Virus record (IMG/VR): IMGVR_UViG_3300047400_000324
Span: 11,757-75,756 of that record
Source of the DNA: a virus
Lineage: Duplodnaviria > Caudoviricetes
Direction: 5' to 3' (one strand)
DNA: 64,000 bases
This document shows, piece by piece, positions 61,207 through 64,000 of this stretch. Under the pieces are notes generated by a model that did no database searches, was not told the origin of the DNA, and saw nothing but the letters and a program-made list of their open reading frames with translations. Position 1 is the first letter of the stretch. Each line of letters begins with the position of its first letter. Both the position numbers and the translations under genes were made by a program.

Positions 61207-62055
61207 ATGGAAATAAATATTTCTGTTGAAGAACTTAGAAAGCGAAAATTATTTCTTGCTGTTCCGATGTATGGCGGACAATGCCACGGAATGTTTGCAA
61301 AATCAGTTGCGGATTTGACTTCTATTTGCACAAGTTATGGTATAGAACTTAGATCGTATTTTTTATTCAATGAATCTTTGATTACACGCGCTAGAAATTA
61401 CTGTGTTGATGAATTCATGCGTTCCGATATGACGCATATGATGTTTATCGATTCAGATATTGGTTTCGATCCGCGAGACGTTTTGGCTCTTTTGTCATTG
61501 CAATCGGACGATTCCGAATACGATGTCATTGCTGGACCTTATCCAAAGAAGTGTATTTCATGGGAAAAGATCAAGTTGGCAGTAGATAAGGGTATTGCCG
61601 ATGAAGATCCAAATGTTCTTGAAAAGTTTGTAGGAGATTTTGTATTCAATCCTAAAAGCGGCGGCGGTCAAATTCGTATAGATGTTCCAGTAGAGGTTTC
61701 TGAAGTTGGAACAGGATTTATGATGACACGAAGGAGCACATTTGAAAAATTCGCTTCAGCATATCCTCAATATAGTTATAAGCCGGATCATGTTAGAACA
61801 GAACAATTCGATGGTTCACGCGAAATTATGCAATACTTTCAAGCAGAAATCGATCCAGAATCCAAGCGTTATCTTTCCGAGGACTATTGGTTTTGCAGGA
61901 AGACTATCGATATTGGTGGAAGAATTTGGTATTGCCCGTGGATGAAAATTCAGCATTGCGGCTCATACATTTTTGGTGGATCACTAATCGATCTGGCATC
62001 AATTGGAGCTCCTGCAACAGCCGATCCATCAATGTTCAAAAAGCCTAAGTCATAA
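61207..62055 (+). CDS. GT-A fold glycosyltransferase
   Basis: LAVPMYGG, ESLITRARN, MFIDSD (DxD), GTGFMM, LSEDYWFC. Confidence 0.82.
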   Translation: MEINISVEELRKRKLFLAVPMYGGQCHGMFAKSVADLTSICTSYGIELRSYFLFNESLITRARNYCVDEFMRSDMTHMMFIDSDIGFDPRDVLALLSLQSDDSEYDVIAGPYPKKCISWEKIKLAVDKGIADEDPNVLEKFVGDFVFNPKSGGGQIRIDVPVEVSEVGTGFMMTRRSTFEKFASAYPQYSYKPDHVRTEQFDGSREIMQYFQAEIDPESKRYLSEDYWFCRKTIDIGGRIWYCPWMKIQHCGSYIFGGSLIDLASIGAPATADPSMFKKPKS

Positions 62056-62122
62056 ATCTGTTTACAATCGATAAAATTTGTGATATGATGTATAAATCAT
62101 CAATTCGTTATGGAGTATATAA

Positions 62123-62797
62123 ATGAAAATTTCATCTGAAACTTTGGATGTTTTGAAGAATTTTTCTTCCATCAATCTTTCTATTTTTGTGAAGCCTGGA
62201 AATATTCTTCGAACTATTTCGCCAACAAAGTCGGTATTTGCTGTAGCGGAAATTCCTGATACATTTGAAAAGCCATTTGGGATTTATAATCTAAGTCAAT
62301 TCTTGGCATGTCTTTCTATGTTTGAAAATCCCATTGTAGATTTTCAAGACGATATGTCTATCATCAGAGATGAAACAACAGATCGAGAATTGGATTATTA
62401 TTATTGCGATGAAAGCACAATTTTGCATGCGCCAGAAACATTGAAAATGCCGGCAATCGATGTGGAATTCGATTTGAAGGGAAATGATTTGGCTAATGCA
62501 TTGAAAGCAATGGGAGTTCTTGGTCTTCCTGAGATTGCAATTGTTGGCGATGGCAATACAATCATGATTGAAGCTTTCAACAGCAAAACTACAAATTCAA
62601 CCACAAAGTCTAATACTTATCGTGTAAAAGTTGGTAATACCGATAAGGTTTTTCGTGCTGTCTTTAGATGCGAAAATCTAAAGATGCCATCTATCGATCA
62701 TCATGTCAGTGTTTCTTCGAAGGGAATCGCACAATTCAAGGGCCCCCTTGTTACTTATTATGTTACTGTTGAAGCGAATTCCTCTAGTTGGGGATAA
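62123..62797 (+). CDS. 45: Sliding clamp gp45
   Basis: MKIS.ETL.VLKNFSSIN..I.VK.G, FGIYNLSQFL, YYV..E. Confidence 0.93.
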   Translation: MKISSETLDVLKNFSSINLSIFVKPGNILRTISPTKSVFAVAEIPDTFEKPFGIYNLSQFLACLSMFENPIVDFQDDMSIIRDETTDRELDYYYCDESTILHAPETLKMPAIDVEFDLKGNDLANALKAMGVLGLPEIAIVGDGNTIMIEAFNSKTTNSTTKSNTYRVKVGNTDKVFRAVFRCENLKMPSIDHHVSVSSKGIAQFKGPLVTYYVTVEANSSSWG

Positions 62798-62803
62798 GCT
62801 ATG

Positions 62804-62831
62804 AGGGAGAGAATATTCTCTCCCTTTTTTT
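62804..62831 (+). terminator. Palindromic terminator-like hairpin
   Basis: agggagagaat|attctctccct followed by a T run. Confidence 0.65.
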
Positions 62832-62846
62832 CTTTAATATGGAGTT

Positions 62847-63788
62847 ATGCGAATGCTTGAACAATTTTTGTTTGTAGAAAAATATCGTCCTAAATGCATT
62901 GCAGATACTATTCTTCCAGCAAATTTAAAATCTACATTTCAAAATTTTATCGATCAAAAAAATATTCCAAACCTAATTCTATCAGGAAGCGCTGGTATTG
63001 GTAAAACTACAGTTGCACGCGCTATGCTTGAAGAACTTGGTTGCGATTATATTATTCTAAATGGTTCTTTGAATGCTGGTATGGATACTCTTAGAAACGA
63101 TATAGCATCTTTTGCTTCCACTGTATCATTTTCTGGTGGTAGAAAATATGTTATTATCGATGAAGCAGATTATCTAAACCACCATGTTCAACCAGCGCTT
63201 CGAAATTTTATGGAAGAATTTTCTCGCAATTGCGGATTCATTCTCACATGCAATTTCAAAAATAAAATCATTTCACCGCTTCATTCTCGATGTTCTGTTA
63301 TCGATTTTGTCATTCCTAACAATATGAAAGCAAAACTTGCAGGACAATTTTTCAAACGTGTTATAAAAATTCTCGATATAGAAAAAATCAAATACGAAGA
63401 AAATGTTGTTGCTGAAGTAATCAATAAGTATTTTCCTGATTGGAGAAGAGTATTGAATGAACTCCAGCGATATAGCGTAAACGGTTCAATCGATTCTGGT
63501 ATTTTAACAAATTTTCAAGATTTATCCATCAAAGAAATATTTGGTTTTTGTAAGACAAAAGATTACGATTCAATTCGCAAATGGATCAGTGAAAATAGCG
63601 ATCAAGATTCTTCTGCTATTTTTGAATCCGTTTATAACAATGCTGAACAATATATGCAAAAACGATCGATTCCAGAATTGATTGTTATTCTATCTGATTA
63701 TCAATATAAAGCTGCATTTGTTGCAAATCATGAAATAAACATGTTGGCATTTTTCGTTGAAATTATGATGCGTTGTGAATGGTTGTAA
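62847..63788 (+). CDS. 44: Clamp loader large subunit gp44
   Basis: EKYRP, GSAGIGKTT, IIDEAD, LHSRC, FPDWRR.LNELQRY. Confidence 0.96.
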   Translation: MRMLEQFLFVEKYRPKCIADTILPANLKSTFQNFIDQKNIPNLILSGSAGIGKTTVARAMLEELGCDYIILNGSLNAGMDTLRNDIASFASTVSFSGGRKYVIIDEADYLNHHVQPALRNFMEEFSRNCGFILTCNFKNKIISPLHSRCSVIDFVIPNNMKAKLAGQFFKRVIKILDIEKIKYEENVVAEVINKYFPDWRRVLNELQRYSVNGSIDSGILTNFQDLSIKEIFGFCKTKDYDSIRKWISENSDQDSSAIFESVYNNAEQYMQKRSIPELIVILSDYQYKAAFVANHEINMLAFFVEIMMRCEWL

Positions 63789-64000
63789 ATGAATATGGAA
63801 AACGAAACTATCAATACTTTATTCGGAACAATAACAATACAAAAGGAAGAAAAAGAACAAAAACAAAATTTTACACCATTCGATTTTATTAAAGATATAA
63901 ATTACGAAAAACAATATTTGTATAGTGAGACGACTAAATCTGAATATAATCCATGGTTGACTAATATATCTATGTCTATGTTTACCGATACTTTGTTGCA
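63789..64000 (+). CDS. 62: Clamp loader small subunit gp62 (3'-truncated)
   Basis: TPFDFIKDIN, YNPWLTN.SMS...DT; follows gene 44. Confidence 0.8.
   Translation, partial: MNMENETINTLFGTITIQKEEKEQKQNFTPFDFIKDINYEKQYLYSETTKSEYNPWLTNISMSMFTDTLL

Noticed and set aside
1-64000. Alternative genetic code or stop-codon reassignment
   Set aside because: Core genes are full length under code 11, and no clear suppressor tRNA was found.

Overview
A 64 kb AT-rich segment of a large T4-like (Tevenvirinae/Straboviridae-type) myophage. The host is probably an alphaproteobacterium, judged from Usg, DUF1127, an Omp25/RopB-like porin, RlpA and a ROSE-like leader. Positions ~3.4-47.1 kb are mostly minus strand and ~47.5-64 kb plus strand, diverging from a palindrome-rich intergenic region. 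The window holds the T4 replication, recombination and transcription core (32, rnh, nrdA/B, thyX, 61, 41, uvsX, 43, 3, uvsY, uvsW, 55, 47, 46, 45, 44, 62), 11 tRNA genes (two atypical) and lysis genes. Most notable: (1) a 5-hydroxymethylcytosine pathway (gp42, alpha-glucosyltransferase, dNTP pyrophosphatase, dCMP deaminase, Nmad1) that also contains a C5-methyltransferase-fold enzyme with an aberrant motif I and a second GT-A glycosyltransferase; (2) a separate heptose/sugar-nucleotide cassette; (3) gp41 helicase fractured by an atypical split intein (16-aa N-intein) with an antisense HNH gene between the halves; (4) a shared structured leader before both HNH genes; (5) a late-promoter/terminator-bounded orphan structured RNA; (6) a block of proteins with T4-like capsid-targeting sequences, including an RNA-ligase-like/HIGH-nucleotidyltransferase fusion. 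All family calls come from motif recognition by eye; no database search was run.
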